Source: Azolla caroliniana (lineage: Eukaryota; Plantae; Polypodiophyta). Taken from it: a stretch of DNA of 64,000 nt. The DNA is taken from positions 13,764,001 through 13,828,000 of the forward strand of contig JBHGNT010000006.1 of the NCBI GenBank assembly GCA_043228905.1. Direction: 5' to 3'. Below, one piece after another: positions 1-13,289 of the stretch. The notes under the pieces were generated by a model, which had not been told where the DNA came from, searched no databases, and worked only from the letters and a program-made list of their open reading frames with translations. Each line of letters opens with the position of its first letter. Within the stretch, counting starts at the first letter, position 1. A program made the position numbers and the translations under genes.

Positions 1-567
1 GGAAATTGAAATCTTGTGGCGAGTCACCGCTTCGGCATTAGAAGAAGTCAATATCGGAACCACGATGGAACCTCGACTACTCTTAATTGTGAAGGACTTG
101 ATCCCAAGTGAGAAGACAACAATGATAGAGTTGCTCAAGGAATATAAAGATGTTTTCGCATGGTCACATGAGGACACACAGGGGTTGGATCCAAAATTTT
201 ACCAACACAAGATCAACTTGTCCACCGACGCGAAACCGGTGCAGGAGCATCGCTATCGAATGAACCTGAATTACGTGGTTCGCGTAAAAGAAGAAATTGA
301 CAAACTTCTAAAAGTAGGGTTTATCCGGCCAGTGAAGCAGGCCACGTGGCTGAGCCCGAGAGTTGTGGTACGAGCTAACACACCATTACGCCGTAGTTCA
401 TAAGAAGAGCACGCCATATTACCCGCAGGCGAATGGGTTAGCAAAGTCCACGAACAAGACATTACAGACCATAATGAAAAAGATCGTAAATGAGAATAGA
501 ACAAACTGGGATACCAAGCTGCACAATGCTTTGTAGGCATATCGGACGAGTTACAAAACCAACATAC
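1..567 (+). pseudogene. pol: Ty3/gypsy pol fragment (related to family A): RT N-terminus joined by deletion to integrase core
   Basis: ORF 14-403 has KDVFAWS...KVGFIRPVKQATWLSP, as at 16256-16594. From ~370 the sequence reads HKKSTPYYPQANGLAKSTNKTL...WDTKL (integrase). Confidence 0.85.
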
Positions 568-3500
568 AGAGCAGATTGACAGAGCAGAAATACCCACGGG
601 GGTATTAGAGTTAAAGTGGAAACGTCTTAACAGAAAGGAGATGGCCACCATCTGACAGTGCGTCAACATAAGCATCCTTCAACATGTGGCGAATGACACA
701 AATGCCCACGAGATGTGGTAGAAGTTGTTAGCTCTATATGAGAGGAAGAACACCCTTAATAAAATCTCACTGAGGAGAAAGATCGTACGGTTGAAATACA
801 GAGACAGTGAGAGCATTGTCGAACACATCAACACATTCATGGGGTATGTAAATCAACTTGCTGCAACCAAGTTTCCCCTTGATGATGCTATGCAGGCCAT
901 CCTGCTGATGTGCACATTGCTGGATAGCCGGGAGAACCTAGTTGTTACTCTCAGCACCTCATGTGAAGAAGAGAACTTGTCTTTACAAGCAGTGAAGACA
1001 AGCATCTTGAATGAGGAAGTGAGAAGGACGGACAAGGGTCTCCTAGTCCACTCGGAGTCAAATTTGACTCAACACATCAGCAGAGGAAGGAACCGGCAAA
1101 AAAGTCCACCAAGGAGAGAAAAGTCTCAAGCTAGATCGAAGTCCAGAGCAAAGCTTGTGTGCTTTTATTGTGGAAAGCCTGGACATTTCCAGAAGGACTA
1201 CCGACACCTTAAAAGGGAAAAGAGTGTTAGTAATAAGGTCGAACCCAGGAAGATTCCTGAAGAAAAGTACACTTTAGCCATTGCTATGAGCAATGAAGAA
1301 CTTTTGTTCATTTCTGAATAGACAAGTGCAAATCTTGCAAGTGAAGAATGCACTCGGGTGATTGACTCCGGTGCATCCTTTTACATAACTCTGTCGAGAG
1401 AGTATTTCTCAACTTACATAGCCGATGATCATGGTTATGTAAAGATGGGTGATAGTCGGGACTGCAAGATAGCAGGAATCGAAAGTGTTTGCTTGACGAC
1501 GTCGATAGGGTGTCGACAAACTCTGAAGGATCCCCGATATCAGATTGAATCTGATATCGATTGGAAGATTGGACGACGAAGGCTACACTGGTAGTTTTTA
1601 GAATGGAAAGTGGAAGTTCATCCGAGGAAATCTTATAGTGGCCTGAGCACAGAAGGAAGGCACATGTATATGATGCAAGCCCGACTGAGCAAGTTGGAAG
1701 TGAATGGGGAAGCCGACTCACTAGGACAGATATGGCATAAGAGGCTAGGCCACATGAGTGAGAAGGGACTACATCTATTGGCCGACCAGAAGCTTCTACC
1801 AAAAGTAAAGGGAGTGCACCTGGACAAGTGTGTCAATTGCTTAGTCGGAAAGCAAAACAGAGCAGCATTCCACACACGGCCACCAAGAAGAAGAGAAACT
1901 GATCGACATACATGAACTTGAGCCAAGAGTAGAATTGGCAGAAACATCCGAACTGAAGTCGACAATGAGTGGAAGGAGGTACCCACTCAGAGAAAGGAGA
2001 GCACCGACACATATTCCAGTCAATACATCCTCTTGATTGATGAGGGTGAGCCAGAGTGCTATGATGAAGCAATCGCCGACAAGCATAGAGAGAAGTGGCT
2101 GAGCGTGATGGAAGATGAGATTCATTCTTTGCACGAGAATTATAACTACGACCTAGTAGAGCTACCGAAAGGTAAGAGAGCACTCAGGAACAAATGGGTC
2201 TACAAGGTGAAGACTGGAGAAGTCGACAACGCACCTAGGTATAAAGCCGCATTGTGGTGAAGGGGTTCCAACAGAAAAAGGGTGTCGACTTCGACTAAAT
2301 ATTCGCTCTAGTCGTAAAGATGACATCCATTAGAACCGTTCTGAGCATAGTTGCCAGTAGTGATTTGTAGATCGAACAGTTGGATGTCAAGACAACATTC
2401 TTGCACGAGGAGTTGGATGAAGAGATTTACATGCAGTAGCCTGAAGGTTTTGAGGAGAAAGGGAAAGAGAACCTGGTGTGTCGACTGAAGAAAAGCTTGT
2501 ATGGGTTGAAACAAACTCCACGCCAATGGTACAAGAAGTTCGAGTCCTTCATGATGGAAAATAGGTTCCAGAAAACAGAGGCTGATTATTGTGTGTTCGT
2601 CAAAAGGTATGACAAAGGTGACTTCTTGATTCTCTTGTTATATGTAGATGACATGGTGATAGTCGGTCAAGATACAAGGAAGATCAAAAGCTTGAAGAAA
2701 GCTCTAGGCAAATAATTTTCCATGAAAGATCTTGGACCAACTAAACAGATCTTAGGGATTCACATAGTTCGAGATAGAACTAAAAAAGTGTTGTGGTTGT
2801 CACAAGAGAAATAAGTGTCTAAGATCCTAGAAAGATTCAACATGTTGGAAGCAAAGCCGGTCGACTCAGTGTTACCGATTAACTACAACCTAAACGCAAA
2901 TCAATCCCCGAGAGTGGAGAAAGAAAAGGTTGAGATGAGGAAAGTACCATATGCCTCAGCCGTTGGTAGCTTAATGTATGCTATGGTTTGTAAGAGACTA
3001 GACATAGCATTTGTTGTGGGAACAAGAAGCTGATACATGAGTAATCCAGGACAAGAACATTGGGAAACAATGAAATGAATACTCAGGTATTTAAAAGGCA
3101 CCTCGTGTGTGTGTCTTAAGTATGGTGTCGGAAAATCCATGCTTGAAGGGTTTACCGACTCAGACATGTCGGGGGATGTAGACTCAAGCCGATCCATGTC
3201 AGGGGGGGGGGGTAGTGTCGTGGTAGTCATGACTGCAGAAGTCTGTGGCATTGTCGACCACAAAGGCAGAGTACATAGCAGCAGTAGAGGCCGGCAAGGA
3301 GCTAATTTGGATGGGAAACATTCTCAAGAAGTTGGGGATGAACCAAAAGGATTTCTTGCTTCATTGTGACAACCAGAGTGCCATACATCTAGCCAAGAAT
3401 GCTGCATACCACTCTCAGAACAAGCACATACAAAGAAGGTATCACTTGATACGGGAGAAAGTCGAAGAAGGAGAGTTTACCCTCGTGAAGATCCATACTG

Positions 3501-3601
3501 AAGACAATGGATCTGACATGTTGACAAAGAACCTACGGATGGTCCGACTTAGAGTCTGTCGACAGAGCACAGGAATAACGGACAACTCCCCATTGGAGTG
3601 A
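568..3601 (+). pseudogene. Degenerate Ty1/copia gag-pol (copia-1); integrase core deleted
   Basis: Gag with CFYCGKPGH knuckle, protease IDSGAS, WHKRLGHMSEKG, RT LLLYVDDM, RNase H CDNQSAIHLAKN. Many stops and frameshifts. Confidence 0.93.
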
Positions 3602-3611
3602 AGGGGGAGTT

Positions 3612-4188
3612 TGTTAGGAATATGTCCCTCCAGTGGGAGGAGCCGACTAATTGGATGAGAGCCGGCAGTCAAAGAGTCGACTCAGAGAGAGTTGATCAAG
3701 GTCGAAGACATGACCGACTAGTCGGGCAGACCGGATGGTCGATGACCAGGCTGACTAGTCGGACCGACCCTACAGTCGACGAATGAGTCGGCTGATTAGT
3801 TTAAGACTATTATTATTATTATTGGATAATAATAATGGCTATTATGTAAATAGCCCATTTTGTGTATTAGTATAAATACTCCTAGGGAAAACATAATATG
3901 TAGCGATATATACATGTGAGCCTCTGTAGCGTAGCGTGAGAGAGAAGAGAAAAGAAGGTGAGGGAGCGTGAGTGAGTTAGCGGCGCCATAGTTGTGATCA
4001 GAACAACATACGCCAAGAGTCCTTCGAGGATGTTTACACTCTTTGTAGAGAGTGTTGTACTCTAATCTCATTGTTGTATATCCACTGCATAGTGAAGCTC
4101 TGTTCTCTGTGGTTTTCACCTGCTTTAGGGTTTCCACGTTAAATCTGTGTGCACTGTTTTCTGTACTTCAGAGTTGTGGATTTCAACA
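3612..4188 (+). repeat. 3' LTR of copia-1
   Basis: Follows PPT GGAGTGAAGGGGGAG (~3595-3609); TGTT...AACA termini; TATAAATA near 3871. Confidence 0.8.
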
Positions 4189-4252
4189 TATTCCTTTTCT
4201 AGTGGATTGACGATTCCTTTATCAATAGGACGTGCATTGAGAATCTTTGCAG

Positions 4253-4599
4253 TGTGGGGGGTGGTGCCTAGAATGGCTCCACCCCCCTCCCAAAGGGGGG
4301 TTCAACGTGAAAGAGAAGGAAGAGAGAAAGAAAGAGAGATGACAAGAGAAAGAGATTGAGAGAGAATCACTCTTGCTCATTCATTCCCCATAAGGGGTTA
4401 AATAGTTACAAAAGGGTAGATACATAGGGGTGCAAGCCCCCTTGGCCATTTACACTAATCACTCACTCACACCTCTTCTTATATGTCCTCATGCACACAC
4501 GTGTGCATGTGTACACATACGTATTTACTCACACTCACAATTATACTTGTGCACATTTACACATACACATCAACCCTTTACTCTTTGACCTGCGTTACA
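4253..4599 (-). repeat. Probable LTR of an unassigned family
   Basis: TG...CA termini, GA/CA-rich composition, purine-rich flank on the minus strand at 4600-4610. No TSD found. Confidence 0.35.
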
Positions 4600-4687
4600 C
4601 TCAACTCTTCGTACATCTCGTATGGTAACATGAATGTGTTTATATCCTAAAGTTAACTCTTTGGTATTAGAACAATACTACTATGTA

Positions 4688-5285
4688 TTTCATGAAGACA
4701 TACATTTTCGCTTATGAGGAGTCAACCCCACAACTTCTTGGCCTATGTGTTGAACCTTTAATCATCGTAATAACATATATGATGTGTAGTTATAATAATT
4801 ATATTTTTAGTTATTACAAGATATTTGGAATATTCTAGAACATTCTTGAATATTTTTCATGATTATATTTATTATCATAAATATCTAAAATATTCTAGAA
4901 CATTCTAGAATACTCCATAAGGATCTATAAATAGGTGTCTATACATTCATTAGAACTCATTCAGTTCAACACTAATCTTTAGCCCTTATCCTACTCTTTG
5001 TAACCTGGTTTTCTTATATTATAATATCAGTTCAATTTCCTGTTTTATCTCTCTCTCTCCCTCCTACTCACGAGTCACGACAGTTTGAACCGAATCTTTC
5101 TTTTTCGTCTTCCAATAACCCTAGCAAGCTTTCTTCTTTTTCCTTCCTTCTTTTTCCCTTTTATGTATAGAGTCTGTCAGCAAGCAAGAATATATGCGTC
5201 TTGTCTGAGCTCGATATGCTCACGCCTAAGTTTGTGGCATTAGAGCAAGAAAATCAAAGACTTCTCTGGGATCTACAACATGTGA
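4688..5285 (+). mobile_element. Chromovirus C0: 5' LTR (~4688-5082), self-priming site and truncated gag start
   Basis: LTR ends GACA then GTTTGAACCGAAT. Gag start (ESVSKQEYMRLV-like) is homologous to 27104. Confidence 0.75.
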
Positions 5286-5699
5286 GTATTGTTGTCCATG
5301 GGACAGATTGGTAATTTGGGTATAAAATGAATCTGGATGTAGGTGAAGTAGGTAAAGGCAACCGTAACAAGGAAGGTAGCGAAGAAAATGCAGTCATGAA
5401 ACGTGGAGCTGAAAACGAGTGAAGATTGAAGCACGCCAAGCGTGAAAGAAAACTATAAAACGTAACACAGAAACAAAATAGAGGAGGACAGAAGGGAGAA
5501 GAGAAGCCTCCTAATTAAGATAGGAATACAATGCTAGGACACGTAGAATATCTGATTGTGCTTTTTGTTTGTAACTCCAGTCCTGCGCCGTGTATTACTA
5601 TTTCGAATTACATAATATATATCTAGTTTTAGGTCTAATCTGTTCTGGTCCTTGAGATCATTTCTGAATTATAACATCTTGAATTAAGATCATGTTTTA

Positions 5700-6609
5700 C
5701 AGCTAACGTACCCGACCATTTTCTAGGTACGAATCGGATTGCCGAGCTTGAGAAGGTCTTCCGGAGTCGAGACATAGTCTTCATGGAAGAGAAGAACATT
5801 ACCGACTAGGACTCGGTGAAGAAGATAGTGGACATACAAGGACTCATCCGGGTGGAAGCTGGATGATACTCAAAGAACCAACCAGATTTGGACAGAGAAC
5901 TGGCTCAATCGAAGAAGAAGAGTTGGACATCGGAACCGAACAAGACCCTGAATCGGATTTAGATGAAGAACAAACGAAGGAATCGGTGGCCGAAGACCAA
6001 GGAAGAAGATATCCCCTTAGGGAGAGAAGAGCCTCCTAGAGTTTTCCAGATGTAAAACATGTGTTGCTGATCGATGAGGGGCCGGAAAGCTTCGAAGAAG
6101 CAAAGAAAGACACCCACACCCGCAAGTGGTTAAGTACCATGCAGGATGAGATGGATTCCCTACATGAGAAACACACATACGAATTGACGGAGTCACCAAA
6201 AGGGAAGAGAGCACTCCAGAACAAGTGGGTGTACAAGTTGAAATCGGGAGACGCCGAAAATCCATCGAGATACAAAGCCCGGATCGTGGTGAAGGGCTTC
6301 CAGTAGAAGAAAGGAGTCGACTTTGATGAGATATTTTCCCATGTAATAAAGATGACATCCATTCGGACTGTGTTGAGCATAGCGGCAAGCATGGACCTCG
6401 AGGTCGAGCACGTAGAAGTCAAGATGGTGTTCTTGCACGGTGACCTCGAAGAAGAGATCTACATGCAATAGCCAAAGGGGTTTGTCAAGAAAGGGAAGGA
6501 GCACCTGGTGTGCCAGTTGAAGAAGAGCTTATATGAACTAATGGTACCGGAAGTTCGACTCCTTCATGACCAACCAAGGATACCACAAGACGCAGGCTGA
6601 CCACTGCGT
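5700..6609 (+). pseudogene. Ty1/copia copia-2, left part (integrase end to RT)
   Basis: SRDIVF, EGPESFEEA, NKWVYKLK...RYKARIVVKGFQ. Breaks at DHC|V and resumes at 45021. Confidence 0.88.
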
Positions 6610-6684
6610 TGTCGAGTTGTTACGCTCTTCGCGTGTGGAAAGAGGCGAGACCGCAGGGGCCTTGAACCAAGGAGCCTGAGAAAG

Positions 6685-6734
<50 letters not shown>

Positions 6735-7042
6735 AACTTGCAGAAACACAGAGGGAGGAAGAGAGAACAAAGTCTTAATTATAGAATCAATCACGATTAC
6801 AATCGGCAAGCCGGCAACGGACCCAACTCAGGCGAACATGCACACACATAACCCCGACTGCACTGTGGAGCCTCTACCGTAAGCACACAGGCTATCCATG
6901 AAGCAGAGGCAACTCGGTCCAAAATCCTGCAGAGAATGACGGAGGAGAGAGCTTGGTCCCAGTCCGACAATACTTCGTCCTTGCTCCCAGAACGCGATCC
7001 CTTCATCTGCCTTCTTCCTTCCCTTTTATAGGTTGTCGAGGC
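6610..7042 (-). repeat. P 3' LTR, distal part (includes (GA)n at ~6689-6732)
   Basis: Homologous to 44367-44798; cut by the C1 insertion at GAGGC (7038-7042). Confidence 0.88.
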
Positions 7043-7459
7043 TGTCATGATATGACAAGACTTGAACCCATGAACTTATGCTACATGGGTCGAGCTCTTG
7101 ACCATTAGACCATACATTGTAATACGTAGAATATTATTTTCATTTATGTTTTATTATAGAAAATTGATGTATATTCCAGATTTCTCTGGAACATTCTAGA
7201 AACGTCAGGAGTATTCCTTAGAACACTATAAAAGGAGGCACAAGGCATTATTTAGAACCAAATCGGTTCAACGCTAGTGTTAAGCCTCCTCGCGATTACT
7301 GTACATTCTCTTCACATAATATATATCTTATCTTATCATCACTCTCTCTCTCCCTCCCTTTCACTCACTCTTTCCTTCTCTCGAGAGTTCTTCACCTCTC
7401 TTAGTACTAATACTTCTTTTAGTACTAATTCCTTCTCTGTCTTAATACTGTTCCTGACA
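7043..7459 (+). repeat. C1 chromovirus 5' LTR
   Basis: TGTCA...TGACA; TATAAAA at 7227; reverse-complement match to 41406-41828. Confidence 0.92.
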
Positions 7460-7552
7460 GTTTGAACCGATTTTGGTCTATCTTCCTTCCGTATCTTCCT
7501 TTCCTCCTCTTCCTTTTATCTTCTTATTAATCCTCTTATCCTCCCTAGTAAA

Positions 7553-9933
7553 ATGGAAACTATTAGCGCTTAGGAATACCAATCTGTTTTCTCGGAGCTC
7601 CAGTGCTTAAAAGAGAAATTTGTAGCACTAGAACAAGAAAATCATCGTTTGTTGGGGGATCTTCAACAAATAGCGTTGGAAAAACAACAACAACATGGGG
7701 AGCTGACGTTACGTGTACAACAACTCGAAGTGACTATCATATCATTACAACAACAAGGATCAAGCACTCAAGGGATTCATAAAGAACCCAAGATCGGTCT
7801 TCCTGCAAAATTTGATGGGACCCGATCATAGTTTAGAGGGTTTTTGAATCAGGTACGTTTAGTGATACAAATGCATCCTTCTCGATATCCCACCGATGCA
7901 TCACGAGTGGGACTAGTAGGCACTCTCCTTAGTGGCTCAACGTTAGCATGGTTTGCTCCATTGTTGGAAAAGGAATCTCCATTACTAAACAGTTTTGAAG
8001 AGTTTATAAGTGAGTTTAAGGCCTGTTTTGGAGATACTGACAGCATAAGGACTGCAATCAACAAAATCCGGCGATTACGCCAAGGTGATCGTCCACCCTC
8101 CGCATACGCTGCAGATTTCCACCTACTCGCTGCTGATATCCCTTGGGATGATCACGCATTGATGGAGTAATTCCGTTATGGCTTACACAACGATGTCAAG
8201 GATTTACTCTTGACCTTCCCCAAAGAGCCAAAGTCATTAACAGAAGCAATTAGTCGCGCGGTGAGATGCGACAACCGCCTCTTCGAACGACGTTCGGAAC
8301 GACAATTCCAGATTCTGAGGGCAAGATCAGAGCCTACCTATGCCTCAGTAGTAGCGAAACCTTTTCCGAGGGAGTCATATAATGCGCCTCCAGTAAGTAC
8401 TCCAACTCCGATGGAAATTGACACCACACGTCGTCGTGGACCGCTATCGGAAGAAGAAAAGCAACGATGCCGAGCAAACCGACTATGTCTTTATTGCGGT
8501 GGACCAGGGCATATCGTGGTAAACTGTCCCCATAGGCCAAGAAGGCAAGTAAACCAAATAATTGCTAGTTCTGATTGTACTAAACCCGATTCTATTTCAG
8601 TAGGGATATCTGATAGTCCTAATAGTACTAATAGCCCAAATCTAGCGAACAAATTTGATGTCCTTAGTCAGTTAGAGGAAGAGTTAAACGATTGAGTCCA
8701 GCCAAAATAGGAGCCGTTTGATTGGACAACCCTAGATCTGTGCAGCCTATTAGTGGTTCCATTCCCTCTAAGCAAGTTAGCAATGTCTTCGTAGCCCAAG
8801 TAACAGTTAGTACTAAAAGTACTCCTCCAGTACATGTCTTAGCACTTCTAGATTCCGGAGCTAATTCTTGCTTCATGGATAGGAAATTTGCCCAAGCTCA
8901 TCAGATATCTCTTAGAAAACTCCCGTGTCCTGCCTCTGTAGTAGTCATTCATGGTCGTCCCATTGCTTCCGGAAATATCATAGAAGAGTCAGAGCCCATT
9001 AATATTGTCCTAGATAATCTAGCATGTGTCGTATCATTTAATATAATTAGCATCCTAGAACACCCTATTGTCTTAGGATTACCATGGTTCGAATTACATA
9101 ACCTACACATAGATTGGCGGACAAGAGAAATCCGGTATCGAAAAGCCCGAGGGTCTACTCATGAGATTGCAACGATTTCACAACATCAATTGCATGAGGA
9201 AGGACGCAAGGAAGAAATGTTCCTCTTCGCAATATCAGTAAAACCCTCCAACACCACTAAAGAGGATTCCACCATTCAACTTCCAGAGAAGTATCGTCAT
9301 TATGCCGATGTGTTTGATAAAGTATAAACTAATACGCTTCCTCACCATCGACCATATGATTGCCCCATCGATTTACAACCGGGGAAAGAGCCACCATGGG
9401 GACCGATCTACAATCTGTCACCAACCGAACTGGAAGTCCTTCGAGCCTATATAGAGGAGAATTTGGAGAATGGTTTCATACGACATTCAAAATCCCCATC
9501 CGGCGCACCCATTTTCTTCGTCAAGAAAAAGGCTGGCTCACTTCGTCTCGTTGTAGATTACCATGGCTTGAATAAGGTTACAATCTGAAATAGGTATGCA
9601 CTCCCCCTTATCTCAAGTCTTTTAGAACGGATCAATGGTGCCAGGTTCTTCACAAAGATCGACTTACGGGGAGCCTATAACCTCGTCCGGATCCGACTAG
9701 GAGAGGAATGGAAGACCACGTTCCGCACCAGATATGGGCACTTCGAGTATACGGTCATGCCGTTCGGCCTCACTAATGCGCCATCAATCTTCCAACACAT
9801 GGCAAATGATATTTTCCGAGATCTCTTGGATGTGTGTCTAATCATCTATTTGGATGATCTACTAGTTTACTCAAAGACCCAAGAAGAGCATGATTATCAT
9901 GTACTATCAGTACTAAAACGACTTCGAGAACAT
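7553..9933 (+). pseudogene. C1 gag, protease and RT N-part (disrupted)
   Basis: EPKIGLPAKFDG, TPMEID, CLYCGGPGH knuckle, LDSGA protease, YLDD. Confidence 0.92.
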
Positions 9934-10326
9934 TGTTGTTTGCTTGGCTGGACTAGCCTCAACACAGGTGTCTATCCGACACTTCTCCAAAGGGGGGGTA
10001 AGGATTGGATGCTAGGTTACACGCGTAAGATGATTACAATTAAGCACAGACGGTAAAACAATACAGAGATACAAATAAACGCGCAATAATTCTATTTGTA
10101 TTACTTCCGTCAAAACCTTTACAAATCATCGGATCCTTTTATAGGCATCCGGCAAGGTTACAATCGCTGCGCTTAGGCAACCGGCATCCGAATCGGTCCG
10201 GATCCGGATCCGTACAACTGTACCCGATCCGTCCCTCCGAATAATAATTATACTATTATTTACTTCCTATTATCCGATCCGACTCCGCCTTCCCACTTGT
10301 CCTTGCTCTTCTGACCGGTCAACACA

Positions 10327-10342
10327 TGGCACGCCCGTGGGA
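10327..10342 (+). other. PBS-like TGGCACGCCCGTGGGA at the PPT position of A1 (antisense to the element)
   Basis: 2 nt from the 3' LTR with no purine tract; identical at 49895-49910, similar at 43510-43526 and 53558-53574. Confidence 0.85.
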
Positions 10343-10375
10343 AAGTGCCTTGCACTTCGAATCCACTCCCGGCCT

Positions 10376-13289
10376 CATTCTTCCTCCAAAATATCGAGCA
10401 CACTCTGCTCGATGGGGTCAAGTGGTGCTTCTTCCTCCAATTCCTGTTCCTTGCCTGCCTGGTCTCCGACCTACGGTTGGGTTGGCTGTTCCGTAAAAAT
10501 TTGCTGCTCCGGCTCTGCTTGATTCTGTGGTGCCGGTGCTTCCTCACCGCTCCGTCCGGGTTCTTCCTGTTCTCCCTCCGTTCCAGGCTCTGTTCTGTTA
10601 CCAGTGTCGCTTTCTCCGGTCTCGACTGGTCGGCTCGGTGCGCCTTCTTCCTCTGCTCTGGTGTCTTCCGGTCTCAGCTCTTCTTCTTCTCCGGCATCGG
10701 TCTGCTCCTGCTCTTCTTGATTTCCTTCGAACGGAAGTTCTTCTTCGGGTATTCCTTGTCGGGGTTGTTCGGTGTCGGTTGGTTCAACTTCAGCCGGTCG
10801 CTCTCCCTCACTTATAGTGATTGGCGTCGTTCTTCCCTTGGCTTCCTGTCGTAACCGGTCCTGCTCGTATTTCTCCAACTCCAACTGAGTTGCGAGCTGC
10901 CCGTCATCCAACCTCTCTACCAACCCTCGGATTTCTTTGAGATGTTCTTCCGCTAAAGCGTAGAAATCCTCCGACAATTCTTCCCGAATGGCGACGATAC
11001 TTTCTTCATCCATCTTGTAGAACTTGTCACCGGTCTTCCTCCGATTCTCGGCATCAGCTCGGAGTGTCTGCAGCTCGGCTGCCTGTTGTGACCACTCCTT
11101 CCATAGCTTTTCTGGACTTTCGTTGATGCTTGCCTGAGCTCGGGTACTCCAACCTGACATGATGAGCTTGATCCGGTCAACCCCCGCCTTAGCATGCGCA
11201 TAAGCTTCTTGCTTTTCCTTCCTTGCCCGTTTTATAATGTCGGCCATTATCTGAGCCTGGGCCTCGTAATCCGCTTTCTGCTTTTCATAGGTACTTTGCA
11301 GTTTGTTGATCGTGAAGGTCGATCTTTCCTTTTCTTCATTCCTGATCTTGGTCAGATCCAGCTTTTCCCGCCTTAGCGCCTCTAATTCCTTCCTTCTCTC
11401 TGTCGCTTGGGTTATTTCCGCCGACAATGCTTCCTTTTTGGCACTGACCTCATCCATTGTCTTAGCCAGGTCTAATCGGGTCTCTTTGAGCTGTTCTTTC
11501 AGCTTCTCTATTTGCCGGTCGTAGTCTGCTGCCCGTTTCTTGTTGTCCGACTCGGCCTGCTTGTGATCTCGGTAGAGACGGTCGAAATCCTCCGTCTTCT
11601 GCTTCAGGCGTCGGTTTGCCTGAGCTGAGCTCTTAACCGGTCATCCCGGTCCTTCTATTGTCGGAGTTCTTCCTGCAATCGTTCTATCTCCTGCTCGGCA
11701 TGTCGACGCAGTCGGTCCTTCTCCTTTTGCAGCTTCTCTTTTTCTTCTTGCAGTCGGTCATTAGTGGCTCGGCCTTTCCGGAGGCCTTCTTCCATTTTCC
11801 GTCTGTCGTCCTCCACCGCTTTCCGCTGCTCCCTTTCTTTTTCCCTTAATGCCTCGTGAGCTTTTAACTCCTCTCGTAAGGTTTCTATTATTTTTTCGGT
11901 CTCAGGGCCGGTTTGCAAGGCTACCGGTTCCGGTTGCTTCCTTGTTGTCCCGACCGGCTCGGTGACAACTTGTGCTTGTTGAATTCCTTCCCTTGCCTGC
12001 AACAGCTCCCCTTGCAATTCCTCGATCTGTGTTCGGAGCGCGACCAACTCCTGGGTTGTTGTATGCGTCAGATGTTGCCTACACGTTTCTCCTTCCTCTA
12101 ACTGGTCCGCTACTCCCGATAACTGCTCTGAAAGCCATCTAAGCCATTGTGGCTTTGTGCTTCCTGTGTCGGGGTAGCCTTGCTCACTTCTACTCCTTAA
12201 CTTAGGTTGTTTTTCCGGCCTTTTCTCTGGCTCCGGCGCTTGTTCATTCCTCTTCTCTGGGATGACCGGTTCTCTAAAGTCCGGCAAAACCGGTGTCGGT
12301 GCTGCTTCCCTCGGTACGGGTTCCGGTACTGCTTCCGCCTCGACTACTGGAGGTGGTCCTTGCGCCCTCTGCTGAGTTTTGTCAACTGGTGGAGCCGGTC
12401 CTTTCGCCCGTCTCTCCCGACCTTGTCTTGCTGGGAGTCTTACCAGTGGTTCGGATGAGTCTTCTATTTCAGCTTCCTCCTCCGGTGCGGCTACCAGACG
12501 GACCTTTTGTATAAAGACCTCTGGTTCCGGTTCCGGCCGTCGCAGCGTTATATTGATTGGTTTGAGCGCTACTGGTTCCTCCTCGGCCGATTTCCCTTTG
12601 CCTTTTCCTGTCAGTTTTGCCTTTGTTGCCGGTTCCTGTTGCTGTCGGGATGGTCCTTCCCCCCGCTGTTCTGCTTCTTCCTGGGTCCATCCGGGGGTGT
12701 GTTTCTCCAGGATATGTCGGCGCTTTGTGACCTTTTTCGGCGTCGTCTCCTGCTGACCTCTTTTCTTTTGTTTGATGGGGAGCGCCGGTGGGACTAACAC
12801 CATTAGCCATTGTGCTATCCCGGCCCATGGCTTTTTTCCTTCCACAAGGTTCTTGATGGCCTCCTTCAATCCTTTGATTATGAAATGGAGCCAGTCCACT
12901 TGTAATCCTTCGTACGTTGCAATTAAGAACGCTGCCCGGTACCTGGCTATGGCCGGGGGACGAGGATTCACGAATCCGTATTCCATCATGGCGCGGGCCA
13001 CTTCTCCGAACAGCAGGTTCTCTCCGCCCTGTGTTCGGTACGCCTTGCTGCTGATAGAAGACTCACCGAAATATTCGAACAGGATTTCACTTGAAGGGTT
13101 TTCGATTGTTTGAAGTCCTCCTGCTTTTATCCCCGTGAGCGCCTGCACCGCTCCTTCCGTGATTTCTGATAAATCAATCGATGCTGCCGCCTGCTCTGGT
13201 TCTGCGTGTGGTGGACCGTCGGCGATCCACAACAATCCTTTTAACCCGTTCTCCCTCATCCATTGGCGTGCCTCCTCCGACAGTGCCAT
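10376..13289 (-). pseudogene. A1 extra ORF downstream of pol: globular N-terminus, Pro/Glu-rich linker, long coiled-coil, acidic tail
   Basis: ORFs 13289-11655 and 11457-10471; the paralog at 49943-50245 shows the frame ends ...DILEEE*. Homologous to the family B ORF. Confidence 0.8.

Noticed and set aside
5286-5700. Possible solo LTR
   Set aside because: LTR-like composition but no TSD or partner found, so left unassigned.
6689-6732. (GA)n tract
   Set aside because: Ordinary microsatellite expansion within the P LTR; shorter in the sister LTR.
10345-10854. Hydrophobic 169-aa ORF present in two copies (also 49913-50422), env-like in appearance
   Set aside because: Antisense shadow of the Glu-rich tail of the extra ORF; the copies are too similar for retention to imply selection.
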